Numbered from the stretch's first letter, positions 50,656-64,000 are shown. The stretch: 64,000 nucleotides of DNA from Squalus acanthias (GCA_030390025.1 JASTWF010000573.1:124001-188000); one strand, 5' to 3'. Made by a program: numbers and translations. Notes: a model not told the origin generated them from the sequence alone.

Positions 50656-52299
50656 CATGACAGGTTATGAAAAGATTGGGTTTTAGTCAGGATAATTTCC
50701 TCCAGTCATGTACACATTTCTTGAAATTTCTGGCTAGTCCAGCTAGACCTCTAGATGCTCTTTAGGAACCTGGTGATTGTGATTGTTAAGTATTCTTTAC
50801 ACCGAAGAGCTTTAATTTCATTCTTCCCCACAAGACAATTCGATTTGCTTCAGATTTATGACAGCATGGGAAGTTTTGCCACCGGAATAATGAGAATAAA
50901 TGTTATTTCTGCCTGTAGATCACACTGGGCCTAAATCTGGAGCAGCATAGTTCCTCAGTTGCTGAGCTGTGAATGATAGGTTAACCTCGAGCCAGATCTT
51001 AGGAAAATGGAAATGGAGTAGGCCATTGGGCCAGTTCTGCCACTTTGTGAGCCAATGCAGCCCTAACTTTTTATTCTGAATTCCTAACCATTTTTCCATG
51101 TCCCAAAATAACCTTACTTTCAAGGTAAGTATCGGTTGCCCTTTTAAACACTTCAATTGATTCTGCACTATGCCCTTCTGTGACAGTGCATTGCACATTC
51201 TTGCCATCCTTTGTGTGAAGAAACTTTTCCGAAATGCACTTATACCCAGTTTACTAATTTTAAAATGATTTCCCCTTGCTTTGGATTCCCCTATTACATT
51301 GAAGAGTCTTTAGCTTGTCAATTGTCCTCATTGTTTTAAACACCTCAAGAAAGAGCCAGCTATTCCTTAAGGCCAAGGGCCTCATACCTGCACATGTCCA
51401 AGGAGATCTTCATGCAGAGACTATGATTTACTAGAGGTCTGTGACAGAGCGCTGCAGTCTGCTGCAGCCACTTTGAGGACAGGTGTCATTGGCCATCAAG
51501 GTGACTGGTGCCTTGAATTTTTGTCAATGTGTCATACAAAATATGTGCCAAATCTCCAAACCTACAAACATTGCATGGCACCAGGTTTGGAGATTTGGCA
51601 CACCTCACCAGCCCAAGAATTTCCTTACATTAAACATGGATGGCTGCAAGAGGCTATTTATTGCAGCCCTGGGTCGTGATCTCTTTCATAAATCTAGGGA
51701 CCAGACCGCAACACAGATCTAACGAGGTACACACAAATACCAGGGTCTTGATACTGGAGACCAAAGGGGTTTTGGAAACATAAATTCTTGCTGTATAGCC
51801 CAGGCAAGGTAACCCAAATTAGTGGAACCTGCTACACCTTATACCACTTATCCTACCATGGATCATGAAGAAGAGGGCAAGCATTAACCAGTGGCAGAAG
51901 TGAACAATGGCCAGGAAGCAGAAAAATATAAACTAAACCAACCATTTACTGAGAAGGGGTCTTAAGGCAGACTGCAAAAAAAGTCTTAACTCCCTGCACC
52001 ATCCAATGCACAACACATGTACAAAATCCTTGCAAAAAAAGGACCCGTCATTGCTCTTACTTCCAGATCTGTGAATATTGTTGTATTCCTCCATAATTAC
52101 CTTATTCCACCCCATCCCAAATAACCTCTTATATACGTTAATACAAATTTTAATCACCCTAATTGTGTGTGCCTTAGGTATGTTCAGTATGCTTACCCTA
52201 GTACTTCCCCTTATAACCATGCATGGTGTTGTATTCTAATTACTGACTGTATGCTCCTTCTAACTGTCAATCAGATGTCTTATAATGTAGATGTACAGC

Positions 52300-53445
52300 C
52301 TGAGTTATAGTAGACAAGGGCAATGCGGTGTACATAGACTTTCAGAAGGCCTTCAGTAAAGTGTCATATAAGAGACCATTGATAAAGGATGTGGAGTCAG
52401 GCGCTAGAATGGATTAAAAGAGGACTACAAAACAGAAAACCAAGGGTATGAGTTAAGGGAAATTCCTCAGACTAACAGAAAGTGGGAAATAGGGTCCCAC
52501 AAGGATCCGCACTGTTGTTCACCATATACATTTGGACTCAGAAATTGGAGGTATGGTGTAGAAATTTGCAATGATACCAAATTGGGTGGAATAGCTAATA
52601 ATGCGGAGCAATGCGCCAAACTACAGGAAGACATAAACAGGCTTGCGGATTGGATGGATATGGCAAATTAAATTCAATATAGATAGGTGGTTCTTTTGGT
52701 AGAAGGAATAAGGAGGCCACTTATTTTTTGGAAGTTAAGAAACTAAATAGGGTAAAGGAGCAAAGAGATTTGGAATACAGATATATAAATTGCTAAAATT
52801 AGCAACACAAGTTGATAAGGTCATAAAAAGTGCAAACAAAGTGCCGGGGTTCATTTCCAGAGGAATAGAATGCAGAAACAGGGAGATAAATGTAAATTTA
52901 AGAACCTTGGTTAGGCCACACTTGGGCTACTGCGTGCTATTCTGGTCTTCGTGCCACAGGATTTTGAAGCACTGGAGAAAGTACAGAAAAGAATTACAAC
53001 GATGTTACCCGAGTTCAGTGGACGCAACTATCAGGAAAGGTTGAGCAGGCTGGGGCTCTTTTCTCTGCAAAAGAGAAGACTAAGAAGAGACCCGATAGAG
53101 ATCTTTAAAATTATGAACGGATTCAATAGGGTGGATGTGGAGAAACTGTTTCCACTTGTGGAGGAGTCCAGAACAAATGGGCCATAAATATGACAGCAAC
53201 TAACAGATCAAATAAAGAATTTAGGAAGAATTTCTTTACACAGAGAGTGGCGAGAATGTGAAACCTGCTGCCACATCGAATAGTTGAAGCAAAAAGCAAT
53301 GATGCATTTAAGGTAAGGCTTGGTGCATACATGATGGAGAAGAGAATAGAGGAATATGGTGGGCAGGGTGGGAGGAGGTTCGTTTGGAGCATAAACACCG
53401 ACATCAGTTGGGCCAAATGGCTTTTTTCTGTACAGTAGATTTTAT
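52300..53445 (+). mobile_element. CR1 LINE, decayed
   Basis: LVRPHLGYC and LGLFSLQKRRLR remnants. Confidence 0.75.
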
Positions 53446-53447
53446 GC

Positions 53448-55120
53448 ATCATAGAATGGTTACAGCACGGAAGAAGGCCATTCGGCCCGTCGAGCCCGTG
53501 CTAGCTCCTTGCAAGGGCACCTCAGCTGGTCCTACTCCCTCACCCTTTCCCCAAAGCCCTGCAAATTTTTTTCTTTCAGGTACTTATCCATTTCCCGTTT
53601 GAAAGCAGTGATTGAGTCTGCCGCCACCACCCTTTCAGGCAGTGAATTCCAGATCCTAACCACTCGCTGCATAAAAAAGGTTTTTCTCATGTTGCCTTTG
53701 ATTCTTTTGCCAATCACCTTAAATCTGTGTCCTCTGGTTCTCGACCCTTCTGCCAATGGGAACAGTTTCTCTCTATCTACTCTGTCTAGACCCCTCATGA
53801 TTTTGAACACCTCTATCAAATCTCTCTCAATCTTCTCTGCTCTAAGGAGAATAACCCCAGCTTCTCCAGTCTATCCAAGTAACTGAAGTTCCTCATCCCT
53901 GGAATCATTCTCGTAAATCTTTTCTGCACCCTCTCGAAGGCCTTCACATCCTTCCTAAAGTGCAGCCAGAATTGGACACAATACTCCAGTTGAGGCCGAA
54001 CCAGTGTTTTATACAGGTTCATCATAACTTCCATGCTTCTTTTCTCTATACCTCTATTCATGAAGCCCAGGATCCCATAAGTTTTTTTTAAACTGCTTTC
54101 TCAACCTGCCCTGCCACCTTCAATGATTTGTGCACATATACCCCTAGCTCTCCCTGTTCCTGCACCTCCTTTAGGGTTATACCCTTTAGTTTATATTTCC
54201 TCTCCTCGTTCTTTCTACCAAAATGTATCACTTCGCACTTTTCATCATTAAATTTCATCTGCCACGTGTCCGCCCATTCCACCAGCCTATCTATGTCCTC
54301 TTGAAGTCTATCACTATCCTCCTCACTGTTCACTATACTACCAAGTTTTGTGTCATCTGCAAATTTTGAAATTGTGCCCATATCCAAGTCATTAATATAT
54401 ATCAAGAAAAGCAGTGGTCCTAGAACCGACCCCTGGGGAACACCACTGTATACCTTCCTCCAGTCCAAAAAACAACCGTTCACCACTACTCTCTGTTTCC
54501 CGTCACTTAGCCAATTTTGTATCCATGCTGCCACTGTCCCTTTTATTCCATGGGCTTCAACTTTGCTAGCAAGCCTATTATGTGGCACTTTGTCGAACGC
54601 CTTTTGGAAATCCATGTACACCACGTCAACCACATTGCCCTCATCAACCCTCTCTGTTACCTCATCAAAAAACTCGATTAAGTTGGTTAAACACGATTTG
54701 CCTTTAACACATCCGTGCTGGCTTTCCTTAATTAATCCACACTTGTCCAAGTGACTGTTAATTTTGTCCCTGATTATTGATTCTAAAAGCTTCCCCACTA
54801 GCGAGGTTAAACTGACCAGCCTGTAGTTGCTAGGTTTATCTTTACACCCTTTTTTGAACAAGGGTGTAATATTTGCAATTCTCCAGTCCTCTGGCACCAC
54901 CCCCGTATCTAAGGAGGATTGGAAGATTATGGCCAGTACCTCCGCGATTTCTTCCTTCACTTCCCTCAGCGTCCTAGGATGCATCCCATCCGGTCCTGGT
55001 GACTTATCTACTTTAAGTACAGCCAGCCTTTCTAGTACCTCCTCTTTATCAATTCTTATCCCATCCAGTATCTCCTCTACCTCCTCCTTCACTATGTCTA
55101 TGGCAGCATCTTCTTCATTA
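53448..55120 (-). mobile_element. CR1 LINE, 5'-truncated
   Basis: 334-aa RT frame with YMDFQKAFD, GVPQGSVLGP and KFADDTK; 3' tail. Confidence 0.92.
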
Positions 55121-57205
55121 TCAACTCCTAGAAGCCAAGTTTACCAGTTACCTATCATAGCCAAGTCCTCCCAGGTATTATTTTGTCACCAAACTTCTTT
55201 CAATGCTATTAATACTTACTGAGGTAGGGTGCTCACAAATGAGCACAATACTCCAGATTAGGCCCGACCAATGTTCTCTATAGCTACCGCAATACTTCCT
55301 TGCTTTTACCTCTTAGGATGAAGCCCATAATCCCATTCGCTTTTTTGAGTGCTTTTTATGACTTTTAATGACTTACACACCTGACCCCAAAATCCCTTTT
55401 TCATTAACCCACCTGGTGCTTCCCCATTTAGATTGTATTCTCATCTTCTAAATACTACTACTTCAGACTTTATTATGTTAAACTGCACCTGCCATCATTC
55501 TACCGGCTCATTTAAAATATGAGTTTTTAATATTCTGTTCCCTCCACAGTTCATTATTCTTCCGAGCTTAATATAATCTGCAAATTTAGATATAATCTAC
55601 CAATTTAGATATACTTCCCTCTATCTCCAAATCAACACCATTCATGCATACACAAACTAGTGAACTTCCTCTGGTATGGCTCACTATAATGCTATATTTT
55701 AAAAGGACTATTATACTAATTCCCTTTAAGACTAGAAAGTATAATTGCTGTGCATTCTTGAAACAAATGTTGAGGTCATTTACAAGTTAGGCTTTAGATT
55801 ATAACCCTGACTTTAATGGATTGATATCAATTAAGAAGTCAGGAGACATTGTGGAACTGGAGAGGGACAGAGCTTAAGCATACAGCATTTTAAGATTGTT
55901 TTGCAGTTGTAGGAATTGAGAGCAGGAGGCAGAAAATGTAAATTATCCTAAGTGTTAGAACCATTGGTTATAATGGTTATCTTGGAATTATTTAATTGTT
56001 TTTATTTCTCTGTGGTCTGCTGCAGCTGTTGAGAAAGTGGAAAGTCAGGGATTGCAGATCCAGGCCTTGGAGTCAATCATATGACAATTTACCAATCAGA
56101 TGTGGTAAAATAGACAAATAAATTTAAACAAGTAAAATTTCCTCTCATTACGTGTAAGTGAAATTGTTGTAGAGACATTGTCACGTTAGAATTTTTGATG
56201 ATTTTTCCACAGAAAGGATTTGGGAAAAAAAAAATATTTTTCATGTTGGGTTTTGAAATGCATAGTATAATCAGACATGTTTTCTTTTTTTTAAAAAAAG
56301 CTCTGAGATGATAGTTAAGATGCTAATGGGACTATCATTGATATTGTTTCTCCACAGACTGTAAATTATAAGCAATTCATTAGACTGTCTTGGCAATCAA
56401 AAAATACCTCACACTCATTGTATTGGAATGTCCTTGATCTCATTGACAATAAACAGAGGGAAATAAGACAGAGATAGGAATACAAGCAGGCAGTAAACTT
56501 TTTGAAAGTGAGGTCCAGAAAAGCATACAATGCAGGAGGAGTTAGAAATTAATTTAAGTCAGGCAAGACAGCTCACTAATGAGCGGAAGTGTAGCATGTT
56601 CATTATTTTTCTATTATTGCACAAAGACAAGTTGTACTGATTCAACAAAGTAAATCTGATCATGACTGTTGCTCTGTATGGATACTCGCTGTGAAATAAT
56701 GCAGCTTAATGATTCGCAGCAAGCCTCGCCTCCCAAGTGTTTGCGTGGTCTGCCAGTGAAGAGATTGAAAAAGGAAAAATGTGGAAGACATCAAATTCCC
56801 CTCTGTGCCATAATGTTGCCAAATCCATATGCCTTAAATTTTGGTCATAATCCTCTTGTGCACAACGTTCTGACATATTTCTGAATATTCTAGATTGACA
56901 TTCATTCATCTTCCTCTTATTCATCTGCCACCTGAATAACTTTTAGGTTCATACATCGAAGAGTCTAATTAGCTGTCAGACTGATGTTACTTAGTTAAAA
57001 CAATGCTAATTTTCCCTAATCAGCTTATACTTATCCAAGGGCTTGCATTTTTAGACTTCATTCATCCACTGCTTCTGCTTTTCATTTTGTTGTGTTACCA
57101 TGCTCATTATATACTCTCATTGTTATTGTTACCACAAGTGTTGATTTCATTGTTATTCATGTGATTCTGTGTTTTGATAACTAACAAATAACAGAAATTT
57201 CTCAC

Positions 57206-57802
57206 CTCCAAGCACCGTTGTCCGGATTCGGATTATCCGATCTTTGTTCAGTGTTGTCAATGGTGACTCCAGACGTTGTTGCAGTGTTTCCACATTCTGC
57301 AGATCATCCACCTTGAAAATATAATCAGGGGACAGTGAAATCTGTTGGAGTTCATAGTCGTCTGCGTCTCCTGATCCGATACTGAAAGGTGCTACACCAG
57401 CCTGTTTCAGCGCCAATGCTGCCCGACTAACATCATCGGTGGACTTGCTGGCAGTGAGAAGGATCAGGAACTGGGGCACACCTTCCTCCGCTCTGCTTCC
57501 AGCAGACCTGGTGAAGATGTTCTTTGTGACATAGTCCAGTGCTTTACCGGTGTTGGCTCCTCTCCCACCTATTTGCCCGAGATTAGTTATTGCTTGATTC
57601 AGATCCCGTTTTGTTGTGTAGCTGTTTAAGTAGAAGTTGACCGTGGGATCATCACTGTACTGCACTACACCAACTCGGACTTTGTCACTTCCAACGTCAA
57701 GATTATCGACCATTCTAGAAATGAATCTTTGAACTGAACGGAAAGCAGCTCTAACTTTTTCCGATCCATCAACAAGGAACACAACGTCCCTCTTAACAGC
57801 AT
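57206..57802 (-). CDS. COL6A3: Collagen VI alpha-3 extra N4-type VWA exon (597 bp, phase 1-1); most 5' exon in the window
   Basis: ttcttgcag| and |gtgaga; open frame DAVKRDVVFLVDGSEK... Confidence 0.92.
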
Positions 57803-58049
57803 CTGCAAGAAATGGAAAATAGATTTCAGTTTATTTCGCAACATTTAGCTGGAAAAATAAAGCACTGCTCCATGAAACTACCCAAGCATAATCTGATGGT
57901 GGAGTAAAAGAGTTTTGTTCTTTTAAACAGAAATGTCTGGTCAGATTGGGATCTCTCTGTATTTTCTAGTTTTGCCTCCTGTCTGAACCTCCCGGGCAGC
58001 TATACTAAAATGAATTACGGCCATTTCTGGAGCACAGTTCAATTCAATT

Positions 58050-61000
58050 CACTGTGCTCCCGAGAGATATACTGTTGGATCCTGACAGAAGTCACGAGTC
58101 CCGCATGGTGTATTGACTCCCTGGTGCCAGGCTAAAGAACATAACTGAGAGGGTGCAGAACATTTTGAGAGGGATGGGAAACAGCCAGAAGTCGTGGTCC
58201 ATGTGGGACTGATGACATAGGAAGGAAAAGAGTTGAGGCCCTGCAGTCAGAGTTTCAGGAGCAAGGGAAGAAGTTAAAAAGCAGGACCTCAAAAGATAGT
58301 AATCTCTGGATTACACCCAGTGCTACGCGCTACGAGTATGGGAATAGTAGGATAAGAAAAGTTAACGCATGGCTGGAGACATGGTGCAGGAGGGAGGGCT
58401 TCAGTTTCTTGGGGCATTGGTCCAGTTCTGGGACAGGAGGGGCCTGTTCAAGATGAATCGGTTGCACCTCAACAGAGCTGGGACCAATGTCCTTGTGGGG
58501 AGGTTAAGTAGTGTTGTGGGGGCGGGATTAATCTAATTTGGCTGGGGAATAGGCACTAGGATGAAGCATTTGAGAGGAGAAACAAGGTGCACGGAGGACT
58601 GGGAGACACGAATAGCACTAGAGAAAAGAATAGTTCAGCAATAGGAAGGATCAGACAGCAGGCAAATGTGAGGGTTTGCCTGCTAAGATGGGTTTGATGT
58701 GCGTAAATGCACGGAGCATGGTAAATAAGGTTGGTGAGCTGCAGGACAAGTCGCTACGTGGCACTATGATATAGTGGCAATTACAGAGCCTTGGTTCAAT
58801 GAAGGGGTTGGGAACTTAATATTCCTGGCTACAATGTATTCGGGGAAGATAGGGAAGGATCAAAAGGAGGGGGTGGTGGCAGTATTGATCAAATAAACTA
58901 TAAAGCACTGGAAAGGGATGATGCAGTTGAGAGGTCTAAGAGAATCTATTTGGTTAGAATTAAGGAACAATTGAGGAGCTATTACGCTACTGGGTGTATA
59001 CTATAGGCCACCAAATAGTGGGAAGGAGATGAGGAGCAAATATGCAGGCAAATTACAGAAAGATGCAAGAACTATACAGTAGTAATAATGGGAGACTTCA
59101 ATTATCCTAATATAGACTTGGGTATTAAAAGTGTAAAGGGCAAAGACAGGGAAGACTTCTTGAAATTTGTACAAGAGAACTTTCTTGATCAGTGAGTTTC
59201 CAGCCCAACGAGGAAGGAAACAGTGCTGGATTTAGTTCTGGGAAAGGAAATGGGGCAAGTGGAGCATATTTCAGTCGGGGACCATTTGGGGGAACAGTGA
59301 TCATAACATCAGGTTTAGAATAGTTATGAAAAAGGACACAAAACAATCAAGCATAAATATACTTAGCTGGAGGAGGGCTAATTTCAGTGAGTTGAAAGTT
59401 AATCTGGCCCAGGTGGATTGGAATCAAAATTTGGGCGGCAAAACAGTAATTAAACAACAAAGAAAGAAAGAGAAAGAAAGAAAGAATTGCATTTATATAA
59501 CACCTTTCATGACCGCAGGATGTCCCAAAGTGCTTTACATCCAATTAAATACCTTTGAATTGTAGTCACTGTTGTAATATAGGCAATGGGAGGCCTTCAA
59601 AGAAGAGAGAGTTTGGGTACAGAGTAGACACATTTGCATGAGCGAGAAGGGCAGTACATCCAAAGCTAGCGCTCCCGGGATGACTAAAAGATATAGAGAT
59701 TAAATGAAAGAGAAAAAGGAGGCTTATGACAAATGTAAGGTTGATAATACAGTCGAGAATCAAAATTAATATAGAAAGTACAGAGGAGATGGAAGAAAGG
59801 AAATAAGAGGGGCAAAGAGAGAATATGAGAATAGACTAGCGGCTAACATAAAAGGGAATCCAAAAATCTTTTATAAACATATAAATAGTAAAAGGGTAAT
59901 AGTGGGCCTATTAGGGAACAAAAAGGAGATCTTCTTGTGCAGGCAGAGGGCATGGCAGAGGTACTAAATGAGTACTTTGCATCAGTCTTCACGAGAGAAG
60001 AGGATGCTGCCAATGTAGCAGTAAAAAAGGAGGTAGTAGCAATATTGGGATAGGATAAAAATTGATAAAGAGGAGGTACTTAAAAAGTTGGCTGTACTCA
60101 AAGTAGAAAAGTCACCTGGACCGGATGGGATGAATCCTAGGTTGCTGAGCGAAGTCAGGATGGAAATTGTGAAGGCTCTGGTCATAATCTTCCAATCCTC
60201 CTTAGATATGGGTGAGGTGGCAGAGGACTGGAGGATTGCAAATGATACACCCCTGTTCAAAAAAGGTGAGAGGGGGATAAACCCGGCAACTAGAGGCCAG
60301 TCAGCCCAATTTTGGTGGTGGAGAAACATTTAGAAATGCTAATCTGGGACAAAACTGATTGGCACTTGGAAAAGTATGGGATAATTAATGGAAGTCAGCA
60401 CGGATTTGTTAAAGGCAAATTGTGTGTGGCTAACTTGATTGAGTTCTTTGGTGAAGTAATGGAGAGGGTTGATGAGGGTAATGTGGTTGAAGAGTCTATA
60501 TGGACTTTCAAAAGGCGTTTGACAAAAAGTATCACATAATAGACTTGATGGCAAAATTAAAGCATTATAGCGGCAGTGGCTGTGTGGATATGAAATTGAT
60601 AAGGGACAAAAACAGAGAGTAGTGGTGAATGGTTGTTTTTCAGACTGGAGGGAAGTATACAGCGGTGTTCCCAAAGGGTCGGTATTAGGGCCACTGCTCT
60701 TCTTGATATATATTAATGAGCTAGACTTGGGTATATGGGGCATAATTTCAAAGTTTGCAGATGACATGAAACTTGGAAATGTAGTAAACAATTAAAAGGA
60801 TAGTAACAGACTTCAGGAGGACATAGACTGGTGAAATGGGAAAAAACATGGCAGATGAAATGTGAAGTGATGCATTTTGATAGGAAGAATGAGGAGAGGC
60901 AATAGAAATTAAGTGGTACAATTTTAAAGGGGGTGCAGGAACAGAGAGACCTGGGGGTGTATGTACACAAATCTTTGAAGGTGGCAGGACAAGTTGAGAA

Positions 61001-61622
61001 GGCTGTTAAAAAAGCATATGGGATCCTTGGCTTTATAAACAGAGGAATAGAGTACAAAAGCAAGGATGTTATGCTAAACATTTATAAAACACTGGTTTGA
61101 CCTCAGCTAGAGTAGTTTGTTCAATTCTGTGCACCACACTTTAGGAATGATGTCAAGGTCTTAGAGAGAGTGCGGAAGAGATTTACCAGAATGGCATCAG
61201 GGATGAGGAGCTTCAGTTATGTGGAGAGACTGGGGTTGTTCTCCTCACAGCAGAGAAGGTTAGGAGATTGGCTAGAGTTGTTCAAAATCATGAATGGTTT
61301 TGATAGAGTAACTCAGGAGAAACTGTTTCCAGAGGAAGCAGGGTCGGTAACCAGAGGTCACAGATTTAAAGTGATTGGCAAAAGAACCAGCGGCGACAGA
61401 AGGAATTGTTGGGGGGTTTTTACGCAGAGATTTCTGATCCAGAATGCACTGCCTGAAAGGGTGGTGGAAGCACAGTTTCAATAGTAACATTCAAAAGAGA
61501 ACTGGATAAATACTCGAAGGGAAAAAAATTACAGGGCTATGGGGAAGGAGCAGGGGAGTGGGGTTAATTGGATAGCTCTACCAAAGAGCCGGCGCAGGCA
61601 CGATGGGCCAAATGACCTCCTT
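58050..61622 (+). mobile_element. CR1 LINE, long decayed copy (ORF1 end, endonuclease, RT, 3' UTR) with small SINE-tail insert near 59460-59580
   Basis: Frameshifted remnants KSPGPDGMNPR, SQHGFVKG and KFADD; esterase-like remnant at 58100-58530. Confidence 0.85.
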
Positions 61623-61927
61623 CTTAATTGAACCTTATGGGACAGGTACACTTAAGTAAAACACAGCCAACATTGGGATAAAGCAACTGTATGGTCTTCT
61701 CTGCTGCCAATAGATGCATTTCTAGATCATAGCAGAGGTCACCATATTGACTTGTTATTGTACATTACATAATATTCTAAGTGAACTATGAGGCTCCAGG
61801 TGGGATTATTAACTAGATGTATTCAGGAAAGATAGGGAAGGACAAAAAGATATGTTGTGGCAGTATTGATCAAAGATACTATTATAGCACTAGAAACAGA
61901 TGATGTACTTGAGGGTTCAAAGACATT

Positions 61928-62175
61928 GGCCCGGATTTTGCGGTGGGTATGACGGCATACTCAGAGTACGCCATCATACCGCCTTTGAAATATACCTCAA
62001 GTTTGGGATTTCCACATGCGCTAAATCCCGAACTTGCAATCTGTCAAGGTACGACTTAACAAATCATCCGCACCGCCTTGGAAAAACCAATTGTTGGGAC
62101 AGAGTTGGGCTATTTGTCCACCAGCTGCCCAGCAATTACGGACGTTTTTCTGACGGTTAGTGAAAGCAGGCGTAG
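61928..62175. mobile_element. MITE-like fragment
   Basis: Terminus ggcccggattttgcgg resembles the other MITE ends; internal hairpin; second terminus not found. Confidence 0.4.
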
Positions 62176-62839
62176 GAACCTGTTTCACATCATAAAAGAA
62201 GATCTGCAGTTGAAAAATCACCACTTTGCATTTCCCCAATACCAAGACAAACACAGGATAGCACCGTTTACAATCTTATCAAATCGATTTTGATTGGAAA
62301 TACATTGCAAAATGATTAGTCCACAGCCCATTTCTGGTTCACAGCATTTATTATGCTCCCTCTTGCATGCTTTCTTAACAATGCTACAAAGCAATTTTAG
62401 GAAAAAAGACACTGAGAAAATATCTGCCACTTGCAATAAAAAAGGTTCATGAATATTGGTGGAGAAAAATGTGGCAAACAGACTACTCGCTTAACAGGAA
62501 CTGACTGCAGAGCTATTTGAATTGATTCTATGGATATACAGAGGAAAATAATCTCATTCATCCTGTGAGGTTTCTGTGTGATGAATAAAGCTTTTTGTGA
62601 TAATGTTTTATGTTAGAACAAAGAATCCAGCAGACAGATGATTAGATGGTTTTAGGCTGATTTATTAATAGCAGATGTATATTGTGTACATTTTGGTGGA
62701 TGAAACTTTTTGTGTCGTTCGAGTTTCATTTTAATTACTTGGGAAGTTGGATAAGAAAGTTAAATAAAGTGAGCATCTATCAGATTTCAGTGACCAATTC
62801 TGCCCTTTCAACTCAAAAATGAATAACATAGCAAACAAT

Positions 62840-63602
62840 GGGCCATATTTTCCAATCGGAGGCTTCCCACGTGCGGAGGCCTCCAATCTGGAAAAAATCT
62901 ACGTACTTACCTGAGGGCTCCCGAGGTGCGTATAGTTCCGTTCCTGGGCCTCTCCAACTCCAAGTGCGCAGGGCCCACGTATCCCAGGGGCGCATGCAGT
63001 TCGCAAGCGTCCCTGGGATCACGTGGGCCATGGGAAGCCAATCAAAGAAGGGAATCTCCCTTCATACACTTGACAGGTAGACCTGTCAAATATATGAATG
63101 GAGATCAATGAAAAAACATAGTAAAACTTTAAATACATTTTTTAAATCACCTTTTTAAAATTAGTTGAAATTACAATAAATAAAATATTTTAAACAAAAA
63201 TTTAATTTTTTGAAAAAAATAATTAAAGTTTTTTACGGGGCTAAAAATAAACTTACCTTTTGTAAAGTATTTTTAAATGATAAATGACAGAATTTTTTTA
63301 ATTTTTTTTTCCAACTTTTTTTCAACTCTTATCCTGGTCAAAGCAGGCCTTCCGCCTGTTTTTACCAGGCGTAAGATTTCTAAGGGTTTTCTGTGGGTGG
63401 AGGTTCTCCAGAAAGCGGAACTATCCACCCTCAGAGGCCCATCTCCAGGGCAGGCGTCCGATCTGTCAAGAGCATTCTTGACAGATAGGAAATGTCCGTT
63501 TTCAGTGCATGCGCTGTGCATGCCTGAAACCGGCATTTCCGATGTCCCTACAGGTGTGTACACACCTCGTATACACCCGTAGGAATCGGAATATCCAGGC
63601 CA
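62840..63602. mobile_element. MITE family A, full copy
   Basis: Colinear with 331-1096 over its whole length; termini gggccatatttt / atatccaggcca. Confidence 0.78.
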
Positions 63603-64000
63603 ATATAATGCATCTATAATGATGAAAATAGATTTATCTATTACCAGTCTAAATGAGGTCTGAATAATATATTTTAATCCTGAAAAATTAACATTGAATA
63701 TATGGCTGGGAATCTCTTTCTGAAAGTTCAACAACATTACTTGTAGGAGATATAAAACATTGTTAGACCTTTACTGAGTATCAAAACAGGAAGTTGTCTA
63801 CATGGGGACGAATAAATTGTGAGTTTGGACAAAAAAACCATAAAATGCTGAAATATGCAATAAGTCCAAGTATCAGTTTAATTAAAACTTTATAAAAAGT
63901 TTACAAAATGTAATTTCAATGGAAGAAACTGAAAGACGTTTCTGTGGGCACGGCTTATTTTTGACAGCTTTTGTGGGCGTGTCTTCCCTTACACGTAGGC

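Noticed and set aside
21351-57782. VWA ORFs as independent single-exon genes
   Set aside because: ORF starts are mostly internal GTG/TTG codons; each is bounded by splice sites and joins in frame with the downstream COL6A3 exons
57966-64000. Search for a further VWA exon upstream
   Set aside because: None found; the region is decayed CR1, MITEs and AT-rich intron, so the next exon lies outside the window

Overview
Vertebrate genomic DNA, most likely from a cartilaginous fish (inferred from the CR1, L2, Penelope and SINE families present). The window covers the internal part of a collagen VI alpha-3 gene (COL6A3) on the minus strand. I traced 18 exons, all with canonical AG/GT ends and a continuous reading frame. 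In transcript order these are five related N4-type VWA exons (57206-57802, 44928-45524, 35401-35997, 26998-27606, 21383-21988), the N3 and N2 VWA exons, three N1 exons, a Cys-rich junction exon and the first seven triple-helix exons. The introns are packed with CR1 and L2 LINEs, Penelope fragments, SINEs and MITEs. The most notable observations are: (1) a tandem expansion of symmetric phase-1 VWA exons, two of them ~97% identical with signs of gene conversion; (2) Penelope-borne minimal hammerhead ribozyme motifs, one sense to the pre-mRNA; (3) a Penelope insertion whose 16-bp duplication copies an exon's splice donor; (4) a ferritin coding fragment patched into an L2 element. I see no convincing evidence of a wholly new biological system. 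Comparisons to human COL6A3 are from memory, and repeat boundaries are approximate.
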